This document shows, one piece after another, positions 28,338-36,288 of a DNA stretch of 45,957 nt. Source of the DNA: Bacteroidales bacterium UBA1064 (GTDB taxonomy: Bacteria; Bacteroidota; Bacteroidia; Bacteroidales; Tenuifilaceae); contig DCDD01000204.1 of the NCBI GenBank assembly GCA_002316235.1, positions 1-45,957 of the forward strand, in the 5' to 3' direction. Position 1 is the stretch's first letter. Each line of letters begins with the position of its first letter. The notes below the pieces were generated by a model that saw only the letters and a list, made by a program, of their open reading frames with translations, was not told the origin of the DNA and did no database searches. Position numbers and translations under genes: made by a program.

Positions 28338-29315
28338 TACTTCGATAATTGTACATGTAGAAACAGGTTGTAGGCTGATATTTTTTATTTCTGCAGGAAT
28401 AAGCATGGTTTCGCCTGTTGCTATTTTTTCTTTTCCATTGGGATAGTTTACCAGGACATCGCCTGCGAGGCAGATGTACAGCACAAAGGAGTCTATCATG
28501 AAGTAATCCCTTTTAAGGGGTTGGGTAAGGGTTAGCTTGTTTACGGTAAAGTAGGGGCAGCTGGCAAGCTCTATGGGAGTGTTAAGGCTTTCAGTAATAT
28601 TTCTTTTGGGGTTTGAAACCTTGCTAAAATCAATGGCATCCAAAGCCAGGCTGGTGTGAAGTTCACGAGGTTTCCCAGTCTCGTCTAGCCTGTCCCAATC
28701 ATAAATTCGATAGGTAATATCGGATGTTTGCTGTATTTCGAGTAGCAAAACACCCCGCCCAATAGCGTGAACTCTACCTGCAGGAATGTAGTAAACATCC
28801 CCTGCAAGGGCTGTTTCCACGTTGAGGAGGTCGGTAAGTTTCCCAGTCGATAGGCTCTCCAGGTACTCCTCTCGTGTAACATCCCGGTTAAATCCGGTAA
28901 TGATTTTAGCGCCAGGATCGGCATCTATCACATACCACATCTCGGTTTTCCCGTAGGCATGGTGCCGTTCTCTTGCCAGCTCGTCGTTTGGGTGTACCTG
29001 GATGGATAGGTTGTCGGAGGCGTCAATGAACTTTACCAGGAGCGGAAGCTCTATCCCAAACTTTTCATAAACCGAATTGCCTACCAGATCCCCCATGTAT
29101 ATTTCAACCAGCTCCTCCAGGTTGTTCCCCTCCAGGAAGCCGTTGGCTATTACCGAAATATTATCGCCAACTGCCGATACTTCCCAACTCTCGCCACAAT
29201 TTGAAATATTCTTGGGAATGTTTTTGTTTAGCCTTTGCCGAAGCTTGTTACCGCCCCATATTCTAGGCTTGAATATCGGTTTAAACCTGAGTGGATACAA
29301 ACCCTTGTTCTCCAT
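28326..29315 (-). CDS. manA: class I mannose-6-phosphate isomerase
   Basis: 329 aa. Motifs: N-terminal KPRIWGG, the zinc-ligand motif LSIQVHPND, ETEMW-like KTEMWYV and IPAGRVHA, all typical of short type I PMIs. Confidence 0.88.
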   Translation of the reverse strand: MENKGLYPLRFKPIFKPRIWGGNKLRQRLNKNIPKNISNCGESWEVSAVGDNISVIANGFLEGNNLEELVEIYMGDLVGNSVYEKFGIELPLLVKFIDASDNLSIQVHPNDELARERHHAYGKTEMWYVIDADPGAKIITGFNRDVTREEYLESLSTGKLTDLLNVETALAGDVYYIPAGRVHAIGRGVLLLEIQQTSDITYRIYDWDRLDETGKPRELHTSLALDAIDFSKVSNPKRNITESLNTPIELASCPYFTVNKLTLTQPLKRDYFMIDSFVLYICLAGDVLVNYPNGKEKIATGETMLIPAEIKNISLQPVSTCTIIEVFVG

Positions 29316-29372
29316 GATGAAAGTTTTCCTATTCGATTACAAATTAATTGAAAATTTTTAACTTCGTTAGTT

Positions 29373-29380
29373 TACCTTTG
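29373..29380 (+). promoter_or_regulatory. candidate -7 box (TACCTTTG) for udk
   Basis: Matches TAnnTTTG, 25 nt upstream of ATG 29406. Confidence 0.4.
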
Positions 29381-29405
29381 TCTATTATTTATTAACAGCC
29401 ATCGT

Positions 29406-30029
29406 ATGCTTATTGTTGGAATAGCCGGCGGGACAGGATCTGGAAAAACAACCGTTGTCAACCGTATTATAGACCTGTTGCCTAAGGGCGAAGTGGTTGT
29501 TCTGCCCCAGGACGCATACTATCGTGATAGCTCACATTTGCCCTTGGAGCAAAGGCAGGAGATAAATTTTGATCATCCCGATTCCATTGAGTTTGAACTG
29601 CTGGTAGAACATGTAAAATTGCTAAAGGAGGGCAAGGCAGTTGAGCAGCCCATTTACTCCTACCTAACCTGCACCAGAGCCAAGGAAACCATCACCATTA
29701 AACCACGCCACGTGGTAATCATTGAGGGTATATTGATTTTTACCTGCCCCGAACTTCGCAACCTGCTGGATATTAAGGTTTTTGTTGATGCCGATGCCGA
29801 CGATCGCCTTTCGCGTGTTATTGCACGGGATATTGTGGAGCGTGGGCGCTCGGTAAACAAGGTGCTCGATCGGTACGAGAAAACAGTTAAACCCATGCAT
29901 CTTCAGTTTATTGAGCCCACCAAGCGGTATGCCGATATCATTGTGCCACAGGGAGGGAATAATGCAGTTGCTATTAGCATTCTTGCTTCCATTATCGAGA
30001 AGACTCTTAGGAATCATAATCTTGTGTAG
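29406..30029 (+). CDS. udk: uridine kinase
   Basis: P-loop GIAGGTGSGKTT at the N-terminus, DAYY and the FDHPDS.EF motif. The length of 207 aa fits. Confidence 0.92.
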   Translation: MLIVGIAGGTGSGKTTVVNRIIDLLPKGEVVVLPQDAYYRDSSHLPLEQRQEINFDHPDSIEFELLVEHVKLLKEGKAVEQPIYSYLTCTRAKETITIKPRHVVIIEGILIFTCPELRNLLDIKVFVDADADDRLSRVIARDIVERGRSVNKVLDRYEKTVKPMHLQFIEPTKRYADIIVPQGGNNAVAISILASIIEKTLRNHNLV

Positions 30030-30031
30030 CC

Positions 30032-30754
30032 ATGCTTAAAGATGTTTCTCCGGAAAATATTCTTTTCCTCGACATCGAAACGGTACCGGCCTATCCGGCC
30101 TATACCGATTTGCCCGAAGCTGACCGTAAACTCTGGGATAAAAAGGCAGCTCAGCTGGTTAAGGATCATGAAACTGCAGCCGATATTTACGGAAGGGCCG
30201 GAATTTATGCCGAGTTTGGAAAAATTATTTGCATATCAACTGGTCTGGTCGTCTCAAAAGCAGAGGAGCGATTCTTTAGGATTAAATCATTTTTTGGTAT
30301 CGATGAGAAAATCCTACTCGCCGATTTTGCCGAAATGCTTACCCGGTTTGAAAAGCGTAAGGATGTTAACCTATGCGCCCACAACGGTAAGGAATTTGAT
30401 TTTCCCTATATAGCCCGTCGGATGCTTGTTAACGACATTAGAATTCCCGACATACTCGACGTGTCGGGCAAAAAACCATGGGAGGTTAGGTTTCTTGATA
30501 CCATGGAGCTGTGGAAGTTTGGCGACAACAAGCACTACACGTCGCTTAACCTTTTAACCCATATCTTTGGAATTCCTTCACCAAAGGATGATATTGACGG
30601 CAGTCAGGTTGCCGAGTGTTACTATCTTCAGAACGATCTGAACCGGATAGCCACTTACTGCGAGAAGGATACCCTTGCTGTTGCCCAGCTTTTCATGCGG
30701 TATAAAGGGTTACCACAGATTGCCCCCGAAAACGTGGAGAGGGTAAATGGTTAG
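30032..30754 (+). CDS. 3'-5' exonuclease, RNase H-like fold (PolB-exonuclease-related)
   Basis: DEDD-type motifs are present: FLDIETV (ExoI), CAHNGKEFDFPYI (ExoII) and YCEKDTLA (ExoIII). It starts 2 nt after udk. Confidence 0.7.
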   Translation: MLKDVSPENILFLDIETVPAYPAYTDLPEADRKLWDKKAAQLVKDHETAADIYGRAGIYAEFGKIICISTGLVVSKAEERFFRIKSFFGIDEKILLADFAEMLTRFEKRKDVNLCAHNGKEFDFPYIARRMLVNDIRIPDILDVSGKKPWEVRFLDTMELWKFGDNKHYTSLNLLTHIFGIPSPKDDIDGSQVAECYYLQNDLNRIATYCEKDTLAVAQLFMRYKGLPQIAPENVERVNG

Positions 30755-31554
30755 CCTTTCTGCAGAAATTCCAATATGCTTTTTGTGAACGCCTCGGGTT
30801 GTTCGGCATGAAGCCAATGGGTTGCATTTCTAATAGTTACCAAGCGGCAATCAGGGTAGTAATCGGTTAGCCGAACTTCGCTATTCTCCGGTAAATAGTT
30901 TGAGTTTTCTCCCTTTACGAATAGCACTCGGGTTGGGGATTTCTTACCGCACTCCAGATTTACCCCCGTTATCAGCTCCCTTAAACTACTTTCGAGAACC
31001 GGTAGGTTAAGGCACCAGCTGTAGCTCCCCGAAGCGTCTCTTTTTAAGTTTTTTAGTAGAAACTGCCTCAACTTTTGGCTGGGAATGCTACCTGTGAGCA
31101 TTTTTTCGGCCTCGTAGCGCGACTTTATTGATGTAAGCGGAAGGCTTAGCATACCCTTAATTATAGATGAATGCTCTGCAAGCGACAACCTGAAAACCTC
31201 GTCGTTTGGCTGGTATGGCCAAGGAGCTATATCAGCAACAACTAGCGATTTTACCATGTTGGGAAACAACGACTGGTAGAGCATGGCGGTTCGGCCTCCC
31301 ATGGAGTGCCCCAGCAGGTGAAAGTTGTCAATTCTCAAATTGTCAACCAGCTCGGCTAAATCGTTCGCCATATCCGGGTATGTATGGCTGCTGGAATGTG
31401 GACTTTGCCCATGGTTACGTTGGTCGGGAAGGATTATCCTATGGTTTGCGCTTAACCTTTTGGCTATTCCCATCCAGTTGTCGGACGAACCATAAAGCCC
31501 GTGTAGTATGACGAGCGGAAAACCTTTGCCTAGTTCCCGGTAAAAAAGTTTCAT
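30751..31554 (-). CDS. alpha/beta-fold hydrolase (YbfF-like esterase)
   Basis: HG oxyanion motif (LVILHGLYGS), nucleophile elbow GHSMGG and a C-terminal catalytic His (ATHWLHAEQPE). Confidence 0.85.
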   Translation of the reverse strand: MKLFYRELGKGFPLVILHGLYGSSDNWMGIAKRLSANHRIILPDQRNHGQSPHSSSHTYPDMANDLAELVDNLRIDNFHLLGHSMGGRTAMLYQSLFPNMVKSLVVADIAPWPYQPNDEVFRLSLAEHSSIIKGMLSLPLTSIKSRYEAEKMLTGSIPSQKLRQFLLKNLKRDASGSYSWCLNLPVLESSLRELITGVNLECGKKSPTRVLFVKGENSNYLPENSEVRLTDYYPDCRLVTIRNATHWLHAEQPEAFTKSILEFLQKG

Positions 31555-32270
31555 CAGCTGCGAAGCTGTTGCAGGTATAGCTGAATGGTGTTTTCGAGTC
31601 CGTAGTATAGCGCATCGCTAATGAGGGCATGACCAATCGAAACCTCAAGCAGGTTGGGTATATGCCTGTTAAAGTAGCTTAGGTTCTCAAGATTCAAATC
31701 ATGGCCGGCATTAAGCCCTAATCCCACCTGCTTGGCAGCATCGGCTGCAGTAATAAATGGCTCTATGGCTTTTTCAGGGTTTACTTTAAACATGGATGCG
31801 TAGGGTTCGGTGTAGAGTTCTACCCTGTCTGTTCCGGTATCAGCAGCATGCTTCACCATTTCCGGATCGGCATTAACAAAGATGGAAGTTCGTATTCCCT
31901 CCCGTTTAAAAGTTGCTACCATTCGTTTCAATAAATCCTTATTATTTATGGTATCCCAACCGGAGCTGGAGGTTATAGCATCGGGCGGATCGGGAACTAG
32001 GGTTACCTGTTGGGGCTTTACGCTGAGTACCAGCTCTATGAACGACTCAACGGGATAGCCTTCAATGTTGAACTCTGTAGTGATGATTGGCTTTATGTCC
32101 CTGACATCCTGATATCGAATGTGCCTTTCGTCTGGCCGTGGGTGAACGGTGATTCCCTCTGCTCCAAAACGCTGGCAATCTATGGCGGCTTTTAGCACAT
32201 CGGGGATATTTCCACCCCGGGCATTCCTAAGTGTTGCAATTTTGTTTATATTTACACTCAAACGTGTCAT
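31554..32270 (-). CDS. pdxJ: pyridoxine 5'-phosphate synthase
   Basis: [28 protein letters not shown] and [12 protein letters not shown] are hallmark PdxJ motifs. The stop overlaps the start of the next gene (ATGA). Confidence 0.93.
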   Translation of the reverse strand: MTRLSVNINKIATLRNARGGNIPDVLKAAIDCQRFGAEGITVHPRPDERHIRYQDVRDIKPIITTEFNIEGYPVESFIELVLSVKPQQVTLVPDPPDAITSSSGWDTINNKDLLKRMVATFKREGIRTSIFVNADPEMVKHAADTGTDRVELYTEPYASMFKVNPEKAIEPFITAADAAKQVGLGLNAGHDLNLENLSYFNRHIPNLLEVSIGHALISDALYYGLENTIQLYLQQLRS

Positions 32271-32289
32271 ACCAGAATCTTGATATAGT

Positions 32290-32297
32290 TAACTTTG
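32290..32297 (+). promoter_or_regulatory. candidate -7 box (TAACTTTG)
   Basis: Matches TAnnTTTG, 34 nt upstream of ATG 32332, in the divergent spacer shared with pdxJ. Confidence 0.35.
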
Positions 32298-32331
32298 TGC
32301 AAAAGTAACCATTTTTTTCAAGCCGCCTACC

Positions 32332-32997
32332 ATGATAGCTCTGGAGATGATTTCGGATGTTATTCCTGCCCTTAAAACTTCGGATACGGGCCAAACAGCT
32401 CTAAACTGGATGGATATTTTCAAAGTTTCACACCTACCCATTGTTAACAACAAGGAGTTTTTAGGGTTGGTTTCAGAATCGGACATTTACGATTTGAACA
32501 TGCCCGATGAACCCCTAGGTAACCATTACCTATCGCTAAATAGCCCTTATGTTATTGAGGACCAGCACATATTTGAAGTTATGGAAGTGCTTTCGCGTCT
32601 GAAGTTATCGCTGGTGCCCGTTTTAGATAGCGGTAAGAACTACCTTGGCGTGATTACCCTGATGGAGCTGCTGCACTACTTTGCCGTAGAATCGGGAATA
32701 AGCCTGCAGGGGGGCATAGTGGTGCTGGAAATGAATGCCAACGATTTCTCCATGTCTCAGGTTTGCCAAATTGTTGAGGGAAACGATGCAAAAATTCTTG
32801 CCGCCTACGTTACCCCGCACCCCAACTCCACCAGGATGGAGCTTACCCTAAAGTTGAATGTTACCGATTTGACGTCTATCAGGCAAACGTTCAACAGGTA
32901 CAACTACACCGTTAAAGCTTCGTTTCTTAAGCAGGATGATGAGGCCGACATGCTGAACGATAGGATTAATTTTCTTTTTCGCTATCTCGACATATAA
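32332..32997 (+). CDS. CBS-domain pair protein
   Basis: Two CBS-like modules (HLPIVNNKEFLGLVSESDI and LVPVLDSGKNYLGVITLMELL). It holds the conserved position between pdxJ and nadK seen in Bacteroidota. Confidence 0.7.
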   Translation: MIALEMISDVIPALKTSDTGQTALNWMDIFKVSHLPIVNNKEFLGLVSESDIYDLNMPDEPLGNHYLSLNSPYVIEDQHIFEVMEVLSRLKLSLVPVLDSGKNYLGVITLMELLHYFAVESGISLQGGIVVLEMNANDFSMSQVCQIVEGNDAKILAAYVTPHPNSTRMELTLKLNVTDLTSIRQTFNRYNYTVKASFLKQDDEADMLNDRINFLFRYLDI

Positions 32998-33015
32998 ACT
33001 AAACAATTCGACCCT

Positions 33016-33894
33016 ATGGTGGTTGCAATTTATGGAAAAGCGGTTGAAACGGAGTATCTTCCCTCCTTGGGTGAACTTTTTAACCAGCTGGTTGAGCATA
33101 ATGTAGAGGTTTGGGTTTACAGACCCTTCATGGAGTATCTCCTAGAAACTTTCTCGGCCAAGCTGCCTGACTTTGAAGTTTTTAATACCGGTAGCGATAT
33201 AAACGGGAAGGCTAACATACTTATCAGCATTGGGGGTGATGGCACGTTTCTTGATTCTGTTTCGTTTGTCCGGTCATCTGGCTTGCCTATTATGGGCATT
33301 AACTTTGGTAGGTTAGGTTTTCTGGCCAACATTGCCATTCCCGACATGCACAATGCCATTGATTTGCTGATTGCAGGGAGGTTTAAAGTTGAACATAGAA
33401 GCATGCTGGAAGTTGTTTCAACGCTGGAGCAATTTAACACTTTTCCATTTGGGCTGAATGATTTTACCATGCAGAAAGCTAGTTCGGGATTTCTTAAGGT
33501 GAACGCTTACGTAAATGGGGAGTACCTTTGTGCCTACTGGGCTGACGGGCTTATTGTCTCTACTCCAACCGGTTCCACGGCCTACTCGCTTAGCGTAGGC
33601 GGACCCATTGTTAGCCCAAACCTTTCTGCCCTAATCCTGTCGGCTATTGCACCTCATAACCTTACTGTGCGTCCGTTGGTAATCAGCGATGACAACATCC
33701 TACTGCTCGAGGCTGTTGGACGTGATGGCAGTGTTATGCTATCGCTGGATTCCCGAAGCATAACATGTAAGTCGCCGGTTACCGTTACCGTTAAGAAAGC
33801 TCCTTTTTTTGCCAATGTTGTCAGCATGGAGGGATCGAACTTCTATCATACCCTTAGGGGAAAGTTGCTTTGGGGGATGGATAAACGAAACTAA
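33016..33894 (+). CDS. nadK: NAD kinase
   Basis: GGDGT motif (ISIGGDGTFL), NFGRLGFL and STPTGSTAYSLSVGGPIV. Confidence 0.93.
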   Translation: MVVAIYGKAVETEYLPSLGELFNQLVEHNVEVWVYRPFMEYLLETFSAKLPDFEVFNTGSDINGKANILISIGGDGTFLDSVSFVRSSGLPIMGINFGRLGFLANIAIPDMHNAIDLLIAGRFKVEHRSMLEVVSTLEQFNTFPFGLNDFTMQKASSGFLKVNAYVNGEYLCAYWADGLIVSTPTGSTAYSLSVGGPIVSPNLSALILSAIAPHNLTVRPLVISDDNILLLEAVGRDGSVMLSLDSRSITCKSPVTVTVKKAPFFANVVSMEGSNFYHTLRGKLLWGMDKRN

Positions 33895-33950
33895 TGGCAG
33901 CTAAAGCTGTTGGATTGCATGGAATGGAATTTTTAAATAGTTAATTGTTA

Positions 33951-33958
33951 TATATTTG
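33951..33958 (+). promoter_or_regulatory. candidate -7 box (TATATTTG)
   Basis: Matches TAnnTTTG, 19 nt upstream of ATG 33978. Confidence 0.4.
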
Positions 33959-33977
33959 TAGTTGATAATACTGGCTA

Positions 33978-34736
33978 ATGAAGAAATCCTTTATAGTGGT
34001 AGGGATAATTCTTTTTCTTTGTCTGCCTGGCCACTCCCAGGTATGGAAACGAAATAGAATTGAAATATTTTTGGGAGTTCCCATAACCCATTACTTTGGA
34101 GATATTGGTGGGACCAGCGATCCTAGCAGTATGATGGGGATAAAGGATATCAGCATCAGGGCAATACGACCTGGTTTCTCGGGAGGGTTGGGTTACAGGC
34201 TAACTGAGCGTTTTTATGCCCAGGGTACTTTAACTTTAGGCCTTTTTGGAAACTCGGACAAGGGCTCTAGGAATGAAGCACGCAACTACGCCTTTTCTAC
34301 TTTTGGAACCGAATTAGCGGCAGTTGCGCAGTTCTACATTATACCCGAGAGCGACCAGAACTACTTCTACAGCATCATGCAGGTTCGCGGGGGTTTAAGA
34401 AAAATTAACAAACCTTTTAGCCTGTACCTTTTTGCCGGCGGTGGTGGATGTTTTTATAGGGTTAAACCCCTTAATGACCTTGTTGATTCCGATAGATTTG
34501 ACGATTCACAGCATACAGCAGTCGTAGTACCTTTTGGTCTGGGGTTTAAATATCAAATTCATTCCAGAATGTTGCTTGGAGTTGAGCTGGGAGGACGATA
34601 TGTGCTATCTGACTACCTTGACGGATTTTCACCAGAACCCTCAAAATATAATGACTTCTACTACGTTTTTAACTTCAAAGTGCACTACAGGCTTCCCAGT
34701 AATAAAATTTTAAGAAAGCCCCAATGGACATTCTAG
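33978..34736 (+). CDS. outer-membrane beta-barrel protein (DUF6089-like)
   Basis: Signal peptide, alternating aromatic/Gly-rich beta-strand pattern, and a terminal aromatic residue (WTF). It is paralogous to the next ORF and holds the conserved position between nadK and uppS. Confidence 0.55.
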   Translation: MKKSFIVVGIILFLCLPGHSQVWKRNRIEIFLGVPITHYFGDIGGTSDPSSMMGIKDISIRAIRPGFSGGLGYRLTERFYAQGTLTLGLFGNSDKGSRNEARNYAFSTFGTELAAVAQFYIIPESDQNYFYSIMQVRGGLRKINKPFSLYLFAGGGGCFYRVKPLNDLVDSDRFDDSQHTAVVVPFGLGFKYQIHSRMLLGVELGGRYVLSDYLDGFSPEPSKYNDFYYVFNFKVHYRLPSNKILRKPQWTF

Positions 34737-35401
34737 CTAACAGGATATTTTTCAGTTTTTTGTCAAGTTTACTTGTTCTTTCATTTTTTTTGTTGTTGCC
34801 CTTCAAATCTCACGGCCAGGATAAAAGGGATTTTGGTGTTCAGGCGGGAAGCACATACTACTATGGCGATTTCAACGAGGCAAAACCGCTCTACCAACCC
34901 TCCTTTGCCATGGGGGTTATTTTTCGATACAACTTTAACACGCAGTACTCCATTAGGGCTTCAGCGTTGTATGGCGCAATTAAGGGAGAATCACCATCCG
35001 GTTTTTTTTTACCTTTGTCCGCCTCTACTACTTTTTCTAACACCTTACTTGAAGCGGAGGTGATGGGAGAGTTTAATTTTGTTAGCTTTAGCCCTTTAAG
35101 CACCAGGAAAAAGAAACTCTCTCCATATGTAAACATTGGGTTAGGCGTTGGCCAGCTAAGTGGGTCTGTTTTGTTCCATATCCCTTTTGGGGTAGGACTT
35201 AAGTTTTCACCCGGTAAACGGCATACGTTAGCGATGGAGTGGCGATTCCATAAAACATTCAACGATGAGCTGGATAGCTATGCTGCACCTGATGATGGTA
35301 AAACACCTTTTCTACACAATAACGACTGGTTCTCGTACATTGGGCTAATATACACCTATAGGCTTTACAACTCAGGCAATGTTTGCCCGGTGTATAAGTA
35401 A
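34724..35401 (+). CDS. outer-membrane beta-barrel protein (DUF6089-like paralog)
   Basis: Signal peptide and the same beta-strand pattern (YYGDFN, GLGVG, LIYTYRL). It overlaps the upstream paralog by 13 nt. Confidence 0.55.
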   Translation: MDILANRIFFSFLSSLLVLSFFLLLPFKSHGQDKRDFGVQAGSTYYYGDFNEAKPLYQPSFAMGVIFRYNFNTQYSIRASALYGAIKGESPSGFFLPLSASTTFSNTLLEAEVMGEFNFVSFSPLSTRKKKLSPYVNIGLGVGQLSGSVLFHIPFGVGLKFSPGKRHTLAMEWRFHKTFNDELDSYAAPDDGKTPFLHNNDWFSYIGLIYTYRLYNSGNVCPVYK

Positions 35402-35413
35402 CTTTTTTTTACT

Positions 35414-36151
35414 ATGGACATTAAAAATCAGATTGATAAGAACAACGTTCCGCAGCATGTTGCCATAATTATGGATGGAAACGGACGCTGGGCCGAGAAA
35501 CGGGGCCTACCCAGAATTTTTGGGCATAAAAATGGTGTAGGTGCAGTTAGGGCAGCCACCGAGGCTGCTGGCGAAATCGGCGTAAAGTTTCTTACCCTTT
35601 ACGCTTTTTCCACCGAAAATTGGAAAAGACCCAAAATTGAGATTGATACCCTCATGAACTTGTTGATTGAAACCATTGATAATGAAATAGGTAATCTTAA
35701 TAAGAATGACGTCCGCCTCATTACCATAGGAAACACATCGGCCCTTCCAAAAAACGTTCAAACCAAGCTAAAATATGCCATAGATAAAACCTCGCAGGGG
35801 AAAACCCTGACAACCATTTTAGCGCTAAACTATGGGGCAAGAGCCGAAATTACCGAGGCTACACGAAAAATCCTTACCGAATACCGGAATGGAAAACTTG
35901 ACGAGATGAGCCTATCGCCTGAAGTTTTTGGCGGGTACCTGCAAACAGCGGGAATACCCGATCCGGAACTACTCATCAGAACTAGCGGCGAAATTCGCCT
36001 TAGCAATTTTCTACTATGGCAGCTAGCCTACGCCGAGCTCTACTTTACCCCTGTCCTCTGGCCCGACTTTAGCAAAGACGATTTTTTTAATGCCATTGTT
36101 GAGTACCAGCACAGGGAAAGGCGTTTTGGAATGACCAGCGAGCAGCTTTAG
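35414..36151 (+). CDS. uppS: isoprenyl transferase (undecaprenyl-diphosphate synthase)
   Basis: HVAIIMDGNGRWA, FSTENWKRP and IRTSGEIRLSNFLLWQLAYAELYF are the classic cis-prenyltransferase motifs. Confidence 0.94.
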   Translation: MDIKNQIDKNNVPQHVAIIMDGNGRWAEKRGLPRIFGHKNGVGAVRAATEAAGEIGVKFLTLYAFSTENWKRPKIEIDTLMNLLIETIDNEIGNLNKNDVRLITIGNTSALPKNVQTKLKYAIDKTSQGKTLTTILALNYGARAEITEATRKILTEYRNGKLDEMSLSPEVFGGYLQTAGIPDPELLIRTSGEIRLSNFLLWQLAYAELYFTPVLWPDFSKDDFFNAIVEYQHRERRFGMTSEQL

Positions 36152-36288
36152 CTCAATTCGCATTTTTTAGCTTGTTCCCTGAGGGTCATTTACCTACTTT
36201 TGAACCCAGCCTCTTATTTGTATATAGAACTTTGGCAATTGAAAATATATTATTTTTACACCCCAGTATTAATTAGCAAAATTGCAGT

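Noticed and set aside
33978-35401. Tandem paralogous barrel genes overlapping by 13 nt, and the tandem skp genes at 38953..40019, as unusual duplications.
   Set aside because: To my knowledge both duplications belong to the conserved nadK ... uppS-bamA-skp-skp-murI neighbourhood found widely in Bacteroidota, so they are ancestral rather than novel.
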